Part shown: one piece after another, positions 46,721-56,947 of the stretch
Layout: every line of letters begins with the position of its first letter
How positions within the stretch are numbered: position 1 is the first letter of the stretch
Assembly (NCBI RefSeq): GCF_050717535.1
Contig: NZ_JBOITM010000084.1
Coordinates: forward strand, 1,067 to 65,066
Length of the DNA: 64,000 bases
DNA from: Clostridium sp.
GTDB lineage: Bacteria > Bacillota > Clostridia > Clostridiales > Clostridiaceae
Direction: 5' to 3'
Notes under the pieces: model-generated
Database searches by the model: none
What the model was told of the DNA's origin: nothing
The model's input: only the letters and a program-made list of their open reading frames with translations
Made by a program: the position numbers and the translations under genes

Positions 46721-49651
46721 ATGAAGTTTACAATTGGCAGTATATATCATGGCTTTAAATTAATCCAGGAGAAAAAAATAGAAGAGATTAATTCAGTTAC
46801 AAGAGTATTTGAACATGAAAAAAGTGGAGCTAGACTAATGCATTTAGAAAATGATGATGATAACAAAGTGTTTTCTATTGGATTTAGAACACCACCTAAA
46901 GATAGTAATGGACTTCCACATATTCTTGAGCATTCAGTACTTTGCGGATCAAGAAAATTTCCAACAAAGGAACCCTTTGTTGAACTCATAAAGGGATCGT
47001 TAAATACATTTTTAAATGCTATGACTTTTTCTGATAAAACAATATATCCTCTAGCTAGTAAAAATGAAAAAGATTTTTTCAATCTTATGGATGTATATTT
47101 AGATGCAGTTTTTCATCCTAATATTTATTCTAAACCCGAAATATTAATGCAAGAGGGTTGGCATTATGAATTGGAAAAGAAGGAAGATAAACTAACTTAT
47201 AAAGGTGTAGTTTATAATGAAATGAAGGGTGCTTTTTCTTCTCCGGAAGGATGCCTTATGCGTAAAGTTCAAGAATCTTTATTTCCAGAAACCTCTTATG
47301 GTGTTGAATCTGGTGGAGATCCAGAATTTATACCGGATTTAACTCAGGAGGAGTTTTTAGAGTTTCATAAAAAATACTATCATCCTTCAAATAGTTATAT
47401 ATTCCTATATGGAGATGGAGACATTGATAAAGAGCTACAATTTATTAGTGAAAAATATTTAAATGATTTTGATAGAATTGTTGTAGATTCAGCTATTGCC
47501 CTACAAAAACCTTTTAGCAGTATGAAAGAACTTAAAATAGAGTATCCTATTTCATCAGATGATGATGAGAAAGACAAAAGCTTCTTGAGTATGAACTTTG
47601 TATGTGGGGATAATATTAGTAAGCCAGAACATCATTTAGCCTTTGAAATTTTAGAATATTTATTGCTAGAAAGTGCTGCAGCGCCTTTGAAAAGAGCGCT
47701 TGTAGAAGCAGACCTTGGAAAAGATGTATTTGGAAGCTTTGATAACAGCATCTTGCAACCAGTTTTTAGTATAGTAGTAAAAAACTCTAATGAAAGCCAA
47801 AAGGAAAAATTTAAAGAAGTTGTGTTTACAACTCTAAAGAATTTAGTTAAAGACGGCTTAGATAAAAAGCTAATAGAAGCATGTATAAATATTACGGAAT
47901 TTAAGTTAAGGGAAGCCGATTTAGGAGGTTTTCCAAAAGGATTATTCTATTATATAACTAGTATGGACAGTTGGCTTTATGATAAAGATCCAACTATGCA
48001 TTTAGAATATGAAAGTTATTTAAGTAAAATAAAAGCTGCATTAACTACTAATTATTTTGAAAGCCTTATAGAGGAGTACCTAATAAATAATGCACATAGT
48101 TCATTTGTTATTTTGAATGGTAAAAAGGGCCTAGCAGAGCAAAAGTCAAAGGCAGTAGAAGAAAAGCTAGCTAAGTATAAGGCGAGTCTTTCAGAAAAAC
48201 AAATAGATGAAATAATAGGAGGAACTAAAGCTCTTAAAGAAAGACAAATGACACCAGATACTGTGGAAGTACTAGAAACAATACCACTACTTGAACTTTC
48301 AGATATTGAAGTTCCAGTAGAGCACTTACCTTTAAAGGAAAAGGATGAAAAGGGAGTAAAGGTATTATCTCATAATATATTTACTAATAAAATAGCTTAT
48401 ATAAATGTGTTATTTGACGCTAAAAAAGTAGATATGACGTTATTACCTTATGTAACTTTACTATCAACTCTTTTAGGAAGAGTAAGTACCCAAAATACTA
48501 AATATTCAGATTTATCTAATGAAATTAATATCCATACAGGTGGAATTCATTTTACAACAGAGATATATGGAGATAATAAAAATTTTGAAAAATACAGTCC
48601 AAAGCTTGTAGTAAAAACTAAAGCATTAGTTCCAAAGCTTCCTAAACTATTTGATCTTATGGCAGAGATAATTAATACCACTGTGTTTGATGATAAGAAG
48701 CGTTTGAAGGAACTAATTCAGCAATTGAAATCAAGGCAGGAAATGAAAATCCTTGATAGAGGACATATGGCAGCAGCTGGAAGACTTACTTCTTACTTTT
48801 CACCAGCTTCAGCTTATATAGAAAAAACTACAGGAATAGCTTTTTATGAATTCATAAGTGGAATAGAAAGAGACTTTGATAATAAAGCGCAGGATATTAT
48901 TGAAAACTTAAAAAAGGTATCAAAGCTTATATTCAACAAGAACAATCTTATGATAAGTGTTACAGGAGAAGAGGATGTATATGATGCTTTTGCTGTGGAA
49001 TTACCTAAGATTATAAGTATATTAGGAGAAGAAAAATTACCAGATGCAGAGTATAATTTTGAACTTAATAAAAACAACGAAGGATTATTATCTTCCTCAG
49101 ATGTTCAGTATGTAGCTAAAGGATATAACTTCATTAAGAAGGGCTATTCTTATTCAGGTAAAATGCTAGTACTTAAAACTATAGCAAGTTTAGACTATTT
49201 ATGGAATAGAGTACGTGTGCAAGGTGGAGCCTATGGCGGTTTTGCAAACTTAGCTAGGAGTGGTAACATTGTTTTTGTATCTTATAGAGATCCTAATGTA
49301 AAAGAGACACTAGTGGCTTACGACGGAATATGTGATTATATAGGAAGCTTTGAAGCTTCTGAAAGAGAAATGACCAAATATATAATAGGAACAATAAGTG
49401 AGCTTGATTCACCTTTATCACCTTCTATGAAGGGTGAGAGGGCTACAGCATATTATATAAGAGGTATTTCAGAGGCGCAAAGACAAGTGGAAAGAGACGA
49501 AGTATTAAGCACAAAGTCAGAGGACATTAAGTCTTTTAAATCACTATTAGATGACATTATAAAAGAAAATTGTTTTTGTGTACTGGGAAATGAGACAAAA
49601 CTTAAAGACAACAAAGATATATTCACGAGTTTAGTGAATGTATTTAAATAA
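46721..49651 (+). CDS. M16C family metallopeptidase (insulinase/presequence protease-like)
   Basis: HILEHSVLCGS (HxxEH), LNAMT..DKT.YP, VRVQGGAYG, SYRDPN motifs; aggagg RBS before ATG 46721. Confidence 0.95.
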   Translation: MKFTIGSIYHGFKLIQEKKIEEINSVTRVFEHEKSGARLMHLENDDDNKVFSIGFRTPPKDSNGLPHILEHSVLCGSRKFPTKEPFVELIKGSLNTFLNAMTFSDKTIYPLASKNEKDFFNLMDVYLDAVFHPNIYSKPEILMQEGWHYELEKKEDKLTYKGVVYNEMKGAFSSPEGCLMRKVQESLFPETSYGVESGGDPEFIPDLTQEEFLEFHKKYYHPSNSYIFLYGDGDIDKELQFISEKYLNDFDRIVVDSAIALQKPFSSMKELKIEYPISSDDDEKDKSFLSMNFVCGDNISKPEHHLAFEILEYLLLESAAAPLKRALVEADLGKDVFGSFDNSILQPVFSIVVKNSNESQKEKFKEVVFTTLKNLVKDGLDKKLIEACINITEFKLREADLGGFPKGLFYYITSMDSWLYDKDPTMHLEYESYLSKIKAALTTNYFESLIEEYLINNAHSSFVILNGKKGLAEQKSKAVEEKLAKYKASLSEKQIDEIIGGTKALKERQMTPDTVEVLETIPLLELSDIEVPVEHLPLKEKDEKGVKVLSHNIFTNKIAYINVLFDAKKVDMTLLPYVTLLSTLLGRVSTQNTKYSDLSNEINIHTGGIHFTTEIYGDNKNFEKYSPKLVVKTKALVPKLPKLFDLMAEIINTTVFDDKKRLKELIQQLKSRQEMKILDRGHMAAAGRLTSYFSPASAYIEKTTGIAFYEFISGIERDFDNKAQDIIENLKKVSKLIFNKNNLMISVTGEEDVYDAFAVELPKIISILGEEKLPDAEYNFELNKNNEGLLSSSDVQYVAKGYNFIKKGYSYSGKMLVLKTIASLDYLWNRVRVQGGAYGGFANLARSGNIVFVSYRDPNVKETLVAYDGICDYIGSFEASEREMTKYIIGTISELDSPLSPSMKGERATAYYIRGISEAQRQVERDEVLSTKSEDIKSFKSLLDDIIKENCFCVLGNETKLKDNKDIFTSLVNVFK

Positions 49652-49653
49652 TG

Positions 49654-49699
49654 AAAAGATGCCTGGTGCCACCCACGTGGCAAGTGGCATCTTTTTTTT
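49654..49699 (+). terminator. Terminator whose loop and right arm are formed by the REP-like repeat
   Basis: aaaagatgcc/ggcatctttt arms enclosing tggtgccacccacgtggcaagt, followed by a T run. Confidence 0.75.
49664..49689 (+). repeat. GC-rich REP-like palindromic repeat, copy 2
   Basis: tggtgccacccacgtggcaagtggca, the exact reverse complement of 50788-50813. Confidence 0.85.
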
Positions 49700-49803
49700 A
49701 AAAACCAGAAAAGTTTTTATGAATTTTCATAAAATATAGGAGGTAACCGGTTCTATGTGTAGTATATTATAAAGTAATAGTTTAATATAAGGGGGCAATT
49801 TCC

Positions 49804-50751
49804 ATGGCAATTAAGGCACTTTTTACATATAACTACGGCGGAGAGAAAATGAAAGATATAGAAACTTTTGGATATGATATAAAAGTAGTTAAAGAGCAAG
49901 ATTTAATTTATAGTGATGATTTAGATGATGTAGAGGTTTTAATTTGTTATGACCCCTTTAAAACCCTAGAAATAGAGAAAATGAAAAAGCTAAAATGGAT
50001 TCAATTATCTAGCATAGGAATTGATCAGCTACCTATTGATTATGTTAAAAACACTTCTATTATGATTACTAATAATAAAGGTGGTTATAGCATACCTATG
50101 GGCGAATGGATTGTATTAAAAGCACTAGAGTTATTTAAGAATAGTATGGGGCTATATGAAAATCAAACCAATAGGAAATGGAAAATAGATACAAGCATTA
50201 TGGAGTTATATGGAAAGACTATTGGTTTTGTTGGAACAGGTACTATAGCGGTGGAAGCAGCTAAAAGATTTCAGGGCTTTGGGGTAAACATTGTAGGGGT
50301 GAATACAGATGGTAGAGATATTAAACATTTTAATAGATGTTATGCAATGTCAGATCTAAATGAAATGCTTAAATTATGCGATGTCGTTGTAGGTACGATA
50401 CCATATACAAAAGCAACCCATCATTTAATTAATGAAGAGAGATTTGTGGCAATGAAAAAAGGAGCTTATTTCATAAATGTTTCTCGGGGAAATATTGTAG
50501 ATGAAGTATGTCTAATAGAAAATTTGAAAAATGGGAAATTAGCAGGAGCGGCTTTAGACGTGTATGAAGAAGAACCTTTAAAAGAAAATAATGCACTATG
50601 GGATTTAAATAATGTTATATTAACCTCCCATAATTCCTGGATTTCAGAGATGAGAAATGAGAGAAGGTTTGACCTTATCTATAGGAATATGAAAAAATAT
50701 GCACAAAGTGAAGAGTTAATAAATGTAGTAAATCTAAAAAAAGGGTACTAA
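49804..50751 (+). CDS. D-2-hydroxyacid dehydrogenase family protein
   Basis: GFVGTGTIA Rossmann motif, NVSRG, ALDVYEEEP, TSHNS. Confidence 0.93.
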   Translation: MAIKALFTYNYGGEKMKDIETFGYDIKVVKEQDLIYSDDLDDVEVLICYDPFKTLEIEKMKKLKWIQLSSIGIDQLPIDYVKNTSIMITNNKGGYSIPMGEWIVLKALELFKNSMGLYENQTNRKWKIDTSIMELYGKTIGFVGTGTIAVEAAKRFQGFGVNIVGVNTDGRDIKHFNRCYAMSDLNEMLKLCDVVVGTIPYTKATHHLINEERFVAMKKGAYFINVSRGNIVDEVCLIENLKNGKLAGAALDVYEEEPLKENNALWDLNNVILTSHNSWISEMRNERRFDLIYRNMKKYAQSEELINVVNLKKGY

Positions 50752-50756
50752 AATAC

Positions 50757-50813
50757 TACGTGGTAGCAGTGGCATTTATTTGAAACTTGCCACTTGCCAC
50801 GTGGGTGGCACCA
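50757..50813 (-). repeat. GC-rich REP-like repeat, copy 3 (inverted) plus facing partial copy
   Basis: tgccacttgccacgtgggtggcacca at 50788-50813; partial tacgtggtagcagtggca at 50757-50774 can pair with it. Confidence 0.8.
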
Positions 50814-50826
50814 GAAGGAGAAAGTT

Positions 50827-52056
50827 ATGAAAGCAGAAATATTGGCAGTAGGAACGGAAATATTATTAGGGGATATAGTAAATACAAATGCACAATACAT
50901 TGCTAAGAGACTTGCAGACTTAGGAATATCAGTTTACCATCAGTCAGTAGTTGGAGACAATCCACAAAGACTATTTGAGGCATATAGACTAGCATTTAGT
51001 AGAGCTGACTTAGTTATAGCTACTGGGGGACTTGGACCTACAAAGGATGATTTAACAAAGGAAGTAGCCTTTGAATATTTTGGAAAACAAAGTGTAGTTC
51101 ATAAACCTTCTCTAGAAATTATTGAAAATTATTTTAAATTTATGGATAGACCAATGGTTAAAAGTAATATTAAACAGGCATATTTCCCAGTAGATGCAGT
51201 TATTCTTCCTAATAATAATGGCACAGCGCCAGGATGCATAATTGATGAAAATGGGAAGATGGTTGTACTTTTACCTGGACCACCTAGAGAAATGAAGCCT
51301 ATGTTTGAGGAGGCTGTAGTTCCTTATCTTCAAGAGTATCAGCAGGGGGTACTAGTTTCAAAGGTACTTAGGGTTATTGGAGTAGGAGAGAGCAGCGCCG
51401 AAGAAATGATTAAAGATATATTAGATAATCAAAGCAATCCTACTGTGGCACCTTATGCTAAAGATGGAGAAATGATTTTTAGAATGACAGCAAAGGCAAA
51501 TTCGCAGCAGCAAGGTATAAAGCTCTTGGAGCCTATGGAAGCACAAATACGTAGCAAGTTAGGCACAAACATTTATGGGGAAGGTGATACAACCTTAGAG
51601 AATGTACTTGGAGGGATGCTCATAGATAAAAAGCTAACCATAGCCACTGCTGAATCCTGTACAGGAGGTATGGTAGCAGCAAAACTTATAAATTACCCAG
51701 GTATATCTTCTGTGTTTATGGATGGTGCCGTGACTTATAGCAATGAAGCTAAAATCAATAGATTAGGAGTTTCCAAAGAAACCTTAGATAAGTATGGTGC
51801 AGTAAGTAGTGAAGTAGCAGCAGAGATGGCACAAGGCATAGCAAAAACTGCAGGCACTGATATTGGAATTTCTACCACGGGAATTGCAGGCCCAGATGGT
51901 GGAAGCGATGAAAAACCAGTGGGACTTGTATATGTAGGTCTATATATGAAGGGTGAAGTTAAAACAAAAATGTTCAAATTATCTGGAGATAGACAGAGAA
52001 TAAGAGAAAGAGCGACTATGCAACTTTTAGATTGGGTTAGACGAGAACTATTATAA
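50827..52056 (+). CDS. cinA: Competence/damage-inducible protein CinA (MoCF-like domain + NMN deamidase)
   Basis: AVGTEILLG.IVNTNA, GGLGPT.DD.T, AESCTGG, STTGIAGP.GG motifs; aggag RBS before ATG 50827. Confidence 0.96.
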   Translation: MKAEILAVGTEILLGDIVNTNAQYIAKRLADLGISVYHQSVVGDNPQRLFEAYRLAFSRADLVIATGGLGPTKDDLTKEVAFEYFGKQSVVHKPSLEIIENYFKFMDRPMVKSNIKQAYFPVDAVILPNNNGTAPGCIIDENGKMVVLLPGPPREMKPMFEEAVVPYLQEYQQGVLVSKVLRVIGVGESSAEEMIKDILDNQSNPTVAPYAKDGEMIFRMTAKANSQQQGIKLLEPMEAQIRSKLGTNIYGEGDTTLENVLGGMLIDKKLTIATAESCTGGMVAAKLINYPGISSVFMDGAVTYSNEAKINRLGVSKETLDKYGAVSSEVAAEMAQGIAKTAGTDIGISTTGIAGPDGGSDEKPVGLVYVGLYMKGEVKTKMFKLSGDRQRIRERATMQLLDWVRRELL

Positions 52057-52114
52057 ATTATAAATATAAGCTATAGAAGCTACTATTTACATGCCAATAA
52101 AAGGTGGGATATAA

Positions 52115-53152
52115 ATGCATAATAAAGAAATAAATATATGCTTAGTGGGATTTGGAAATGTAGCGCAAGAATTTTGTAGAATGTTAATAACTAAAAACCT
52201 AGAGCTTAAAGAGAGTACTGGATATGATATTAAAGTGACAGCTATTGCAGGTAAGTCTAAAGGCGGAATTATTAATGCCAAAGGAATAGACCTTACGAGG
52301 ATCCTAAGAGATGAAAAAAATAGGGGGTGCTTTAATCCTACTGCAGAGGATAGCGTGACTATGGAAACATTACAAGTTATAAGGCACTGCAATGCTAACT
52401 TGTTAGTTGAACTAAGCAGTTTATCTATTTATGATGGACAGCCAGCAATAGCTCATATAGAAGCTGCTTTTGAGAGGGGCATGCATGTTATAACAGCAAA
52501 CAAAGGTCCTATAGCATGGAATTATCAAAAGCTTCGTGATAATTCAAAGCAGAGAGGTCTTCAATTTTTATATGAAACCACTGTCATGGATGGGTGTCCT
52601 ATTTTTAATCTTGTTAACCAAACACTACCTGGATGCAAAGTTTTATCCTTTAGAGGAATTCTAAACTCTACCACCAATTTTGTATTGGGAGAAATGGAAA
52701 GTGGAAGCAGTTATGAAGGGGCTATTAGAGAGGCTAAAATAAGAGGATTTGCAGAAGCTGACCCATCAATGGACATTGATGGGTGGGATGCCGCTGCAAA
52801 AACTTCAGCCTTACTAAATGTGTTAATGGATGCAAATATAAATCCTACAGAAATAGATAGACAAGGAATATCACATATTACTTTAGAAGATATTGAAAAG
52901 TCCAAAGAAAAACAGTGCAAAATTAAACTTTTATGTGAAGGATATATTGAGGATAATATAGTAAAAGGCAAGGTTCATCCTGCTAACATAAACTATGACG
53001 ATATCTTTAGTAATATAGATGCTACCTCTTCTATATTAGCTATCACAACAGATTTAATGGGAGAAATACAAGTAATAGAAAAAAATCCTGAAATTCAACA
53101 AACTGCTTATGGTATATATAGTGATTTACTTACACTTATAAAGAATTTATAA
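52115..53152 (+). CDS. hom: Homoserine dehydrogenase (no ACT domain)
   Basis: GFGNV, TANKGP, GILNSTTNF, GFAEADPS.DIDGWDAAAK motifs. Confidence 0.92.
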   Translation: MHNKEINICLVGFGNVAQEFCRMLITKNLELKESTGYDIKVTAIAGKSKGGIINAKGIDLTRILRDEKNRGCFNPTAEDSVTMETLQVIRHCNANLLVELSSLSIYDGQPAIAHIEAAFERGMHVITANKGPIAWNYQKLRDNSKQRGLQFLYETTVMDGCPIFNLVNQTLPGCKVLSFRGILNSTTNFVLGEMESGSSYEGAIREAKIRGFAEADPSMDIDGWDAAAKTSALLNVLMDANINPTEIDRQGISHITLEDIEKSKEKQCKIKLLCEGYIEDNIVKGKVHPANINYDDIFSNIDATSSILAITTDLMGEIQVIEKNPEIQQTAYGIYSDLLTLIKNL

Positions 53153-53157
53153 AATGA

Positions 53158-53187
53158 AAGGCACATATCAACATTGATATGTGCCTT
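53158..53187. terminator. Bidirectional terminator
   Basis: aaggcacatatcaa-ca-ttgatatgtgcctt. Confidence 0.8.
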
Positions 53188-53242
53188 AAACAATAACTAA
53201 ACTAATTTAGTTATATATGTTACTTGTATGAATTTATACGTT

Positions 53243-53755
53243 TTATCTAGTAGTAACAGGTGGAACAAAAACTCTTGCTGCCATTTCTGTATCTAGTAGA
53301 TAAAGACTTGTAGGGTCATCTTTAATTCTTTGGAGTCTTTTTATTATGCGACTAAAGTTGGCTTCTTCTTCTACTTGCTCATCAATAAACCATTTAAGTA
53401 AGCTTATTGTAGCATGTTCTCTCTCCTGCGTAGCAATATCAGTAAGATTGTAGATTTTGCTAGTTACAATTTTCTCATGAGCATAGGATATTTCAAAAGC
53501 ATCAAGAAGTGATTTATACTCATTTTGAGGGTCAGGCATACCTTCTAGAACTATCCTTCCGTTCATTTCATTTACATAATTATAAAATTTCATAGCATGA
53601 AATTTTTCTTCTTCAGCTTGAACTTTAAAGAAATTAGCAAAGCCATCAAAATCCTCTGCGGCACAGTAAGCAGCCATAGCTAAATAAAGGTGTGCAGAAT
53701 AAAATTCGAAGTTTATTTGCTTGTTTATTTCATAGAGTAATTTTTCGCTTATCAT
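53243..53755 (-). CDS. ftnA: Non-heme ferritin
   Basis: QIN.EFYSA.LYL.M, Q..EE..HA, W...EQVEEE ferroxidase residues; ggagg RBS before ATG 53755. Confidence 0.95.
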   Translation of the reverse strand: MISEKLLYEINKQINFEFYSAHLYLAMAAYCAAEDFDGFANFFKVQAEEEKFHAMKFYNYVNEMNGRIVLEGMPDPQNEYKSLLDAFEISYAHEKIVTSKIYNLTDIATQEREHATISLLKWFIDEQVEEEANFSRIIKRLQRIKDDPTSLYLLDTEMAARVFVPPVTTR

Positions 53756-53847
53756 AATAATAATCCTCCTCGTGTTCCTCTGTGGCACAAAATAATAATT
53801 ATGCCCTTTAAAACGTGTATTTTAAATAGTATATAATATTGTTTTGT

Positions 53848-53877
53848 ATTGATAATTATTTTTAATTAATTATCAAT
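53848..53877. promoter_or_regulatory. Fur/PerR-like AT-rich inverted repeat upstream of ferritin
   Basis: attgataatt-N10-aattatcaat (GATAAT...ATTATC half-sites). Confidence 0.5.
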
Positions 53878-53975
53878 ATTAAAGAATAACATTATTATAC
53901 ACCTAATAAATTACACTGTATATATTATTGCCAAATGTTAAAAATATATTAATATATTACTTTCATAAGGAAGAT

Positions 53976-55169
53976 TTAAGGCAGTAATCTTTCTAAATCT
54001 ATAATTCCGGCACCTTGCATATATTTGGGAGAATTTATTAAACTGGATGATACTTTTAGTAAGGCTAGGATATCTTTGAAAGATAAATTATTATTGTTTT
54101 CATAGAGCAGAGCACATATACCACTTATAAAAGCAGCTGAACATGAAGTTCCTGAGTAGGTGGTATATAAATTAGTGATATGAGTAGGGTAAAGCTTCAT
54201 ACCGTTTTTTTCAGAAACAAATTGCGTGTCTGATATTAAGGAACATATATTAACACAGGCAGAAATTAAATTTGGCTTATCCTGTTTTTTAAAAGGACCA
54301 CAGGAAGAATAGTCATATATTTTTGGAATTCCTATACTATCATAGCCACCTACAGTTATACAATTACTAAGGGTTGCTATGCCTCTTATTGAACTTTTAA
54401 TATTTTTATTACTTCCACTAGGAAGGATTACTACCAGACCCTTTGAAATAGCAAGGCCAAAAAGTTTTGAAAACAATGAAAGCACAAATTCATCAGTTTC
54501 CATGGTTTCAAAAGGAAGGAGAAGAATTTTGATATTAAAATCATTGCACTCGTTAATTAAAGTATCTATTGAAAATAAAATATCAGATATAAAGCCCTTT
54601 CCTAGTTTATTAAAGGCCTTAATCATATAAATATGGCTACCACTAGCAACCCCTTTGTACATACCTTTTGATCCATAGCCACTCCCACAAATAAGTCCAC
54701 TCATAAAGGTACCATGACCATTATCATCATAAGGATAGTTTGAATTGTTAACAACATCCACAAATTTTTTAATCTTATTATTAGGATTTAATAAATCACA
54801 ATGGGGATACACCCCACTATCAACTATTCCAACACCAATACCTTTTCCAGTAAGGTCATAGTTAGTTTGGAAGGATACACCATTAGAGGCCAGGATGCTA
54901 TTGCCACATAAATATGCATAGGAATCAAAAGTTATATATGATACCTGTGGATATTCTAGTAATCTATCAATAGCAACAGAGGTTAAGATAGCACAAATAC
55001 AGTTTACTCCTGGAATATGCCTTAGAATATCACATTTTAGGGATTTAATTTTATCAATGGTTTTACTTTCAAGGGATTTGCAGTATATTATTACCCTATA
55101 GTTTTCATATAGGTTACTTGTCAAAGCATGTCTCAAACTGGAATCTAACTTGTTTTTAAAGGAAAACAT
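53976..55169 (-). CDS. S8 subtilisin-like serine protease (AprX-like, N-terminal prodomain, no signal peptide)
   Basis: VGIVDSG, DDNGHGT, YSGTS catalytic triad motifs. Confidence 0.9.
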   Translation of the reverse strand: MFSFKNKLDSSLRHALTSNLYENYRVIIYCKSLESKTIDKIKSLKCDILRHIPGVNCICAILTSVAIDRLLEYPQVSYITFDSYAYLCGNSILASNGVSFQTNYDLTGKGIGVGIVDSGVYPHCDLLNPNNKIKKFVDVVNNSNYPYDDNGHGTFMSGLICGSGYGSKGMYKGVASGSHIYMIKAFNKLGKGFISDILFSIDTLINECNDFNIKILLLPFETMETDEFVLSLFSKLFGLAISKGLVVILPSGSNKNIKSSIRGIATLSNCITVGGYDSIGIPKIYDYSSCGPFKKQDKPNLISACVNICSLISDTQFVSEKNGMKLYPTHITNLYTTYSGTSCSAAFISGICALLYENNNNLSFKDILALLKVSSSLINSPKYMQGAGIIDLERLLP

Positions 55170-55369
55170 GTATGCCTCCTAATGTATTGTTACATTATTA
55201 TAGTATATGTAATTTTTCAAAATATGTTAACAACATTTTTACATTGAGAATTATAAGTAGCTTGAAAGGATATGATTTAAAAAAAAAGAGCATATAATAC
55301 TAAAATGAATTTCAGTATTATATACTTTTATTAAGGGTTTCAAGGATAAGAATTACAAAACTTTAATTC

Positions 55370-56275
55370 TTATTCTTCATATTCTACAAGTGAAAACATT
55401 TCCTTGCACATGTTAAAGAAAGCATTAGCAATAGGGGTCAGGGTACGCTTTGAGTTGATAATCAAATACAGATTCCTTTTTAAGAGTAAATCTTTAATTT
55501 TACTTATTTTAATTTTACTAGTATCAATATAATCCAAAGATATTTTCTCGGAAATAATAGATACTCCTGTTCCTAGTTTTACAAATTGAAGAAGGTTGTC
55601 CAACGTATTTACTTCACAAAATACGTTTAACAATTCGGGATTTATACCCTTTGATTCAAGAGCCACATCAAGGGTACTTCTAGTTGCTGAATTTTTCTCT
55701 CTAATTATAAATTTATATTTTAATAAATCCTTTAAATATATTTCGTCAGGAACATTCATATCAGTACTAGAAATTAAAACTAAATTATCTTCCATAAGTT
55801 TATAACTTTTTATTTTACAATTTTTAATTGTAGTTCCAACTATTGCAATTTCGCAGTTAAGATCTAAAATTTCTCTTATTATATCTCCAGAACTTTGTTC
55901 CGTAATATTAAAACGAACATCTGGGTAAAGATGGCTGAACCTCTTTATAAGATCTGGAACTAATGAGTTACAGGGGGTAGTGCTAGCTGATAAATTTAGA
56001 TTTCCTGATATTACAGTATTAAAATTAGAAAGATTAGAAATAGCATTATTACGTGTGTTTACTATATTAATTGCATATTCTAAAAAAGATTTTCCAGCAG
56101 GTGTTAAGTAAACTTCTTTAGAGGTTCTGTCAAAAAGTTGAACATTTAATTCTCTTTCTAAACTAGCTATATGAGAACTTATTGTGGGTTGAGATAAAAA
56201 AATTGTACTAGCGGCCTTAGAAAAACTTTTAAACCTGGCTACACTAATGAAAGCTTCAATCTGTTTGAAATCCAT
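55370..56275 (-). CDS. LysR family transcriptional regulator
   Basis: SFSKAA....SQPTIS.HI..LE.EL...LFDR HTH; RE.NSATR. Confidence 0.95.
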   Translation of the reverse strand: MDFKQIEAFISVARFKSFSKAASTIFLSQPTISSHIASLERELNVQLFDRTSKEVYLTPAGKSFLEYAINIVNTRNNAISNLSNFNTVISGNLNLSASTTPCNSLVPDLIKRFSHLYPDVRFNITEQSSGDIIREILDLNCEIAIVGTTIKNCKIKSYKLMEDNLVLISSTDMNVPDEIYLKDLLKYKFIIREKNSATRSTLDVALESKGINPELLNVFCEVNTLDNLLQFVKLGTGVSIISEKISLDYIDTSKIKISKIKDLLLKRNLYLIINSKRTLTPIANAFFNMCKEMFSLVEYEE

Positions 56276-56433
56276 AAGGGTCCTCCTTGCATAATAAATA
56301 TATATAAATAGTAGTTCTTTCTAAAATTTAACATGAATGATTTTCATCTATAATTATGAAGGCGTTTTTGGTTAATTTCAATAGGTAAGTTAAAAAAATA
56401 ACACTTATTTACAGAAAAAACAGAAAGAGAATA

Positions 56434-56862
56434 TTACCCTTTCCATTTAAAGACTACTATACCAACTATCATTATACCAATTCCTATAAACTTAGATAAG
56501 GTGAATTTAATTTGCTCCGCACCAAATATTCCAAAGCTATCAATTATACCTGCAGTTAAAAGTTGAGCTATTAATATAGTTGCAATGGAGTAAGTTGGTC
56601 CTAAATCTGTTATACCTTGCATAACAGAAAATATAATTATGGCACCTAGAACTCCACCTAGTAAGTATAATTTATTTACCTCTTTTATTGCTTTGAAATT
56701 ACCATTGCCGATGAAAAAGAGTATTATTAAGGTTAGAATTAGACCAGTTCCTTGAACAAAAACGTTAGTTTCCCAAAACCCAATTTTTTCACTAACCCTT
56801 GTATTAAAAACCCCTTGAAAACTCATGCAGATACCTGCAATTATAGAAAATATCAAACCCAA
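56434..56862 (-). CDS. DMT family transporter (YdcZ/DUF606-like)
   Basis: Q...N..., LLGGVLG, AQL.....ID.FG.FG motifs; about 5 TMs. Confidence 0.88.
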   Translation of the reverse strand: MGLIFSIIAGICMSFQGVFNTRVSEKIGFWETNVFVQGTGLILTLIILFFIGNGNFKAIKEVNKLYLLGGVLGAIIIFSVMQGITDLGPTYSIATILIAQLLTAGIIDSFGIFGAEQIKFTLSKFIGIGIMIVGIVVFKWKG

Positions 56863-56947
56863 TTACAATCACACTCCTCTGGGATAGTTTACCCAGAATG
56901 TAATGTAATATTAAAAAAATAGTTATAAGACTTCAAATATTGATAAT

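Noticed and set aside
46617-50813. Repeat copies as a CRISPR array or IS termini
   Set aside because: Spacing is kilobases, orientation is mixed, and no cas or transposase gene or target-site duplication is visible.
49453-50826. Two track ORFs starting MPRGWHQ (49453-49683 minus, and the 50794 extension of cinA)
   Set aside because: Both starts fall inside the GC-rich DNA repeat; the shared peptide is a by-product. cinA has a proper RBS and ATG at 50827.
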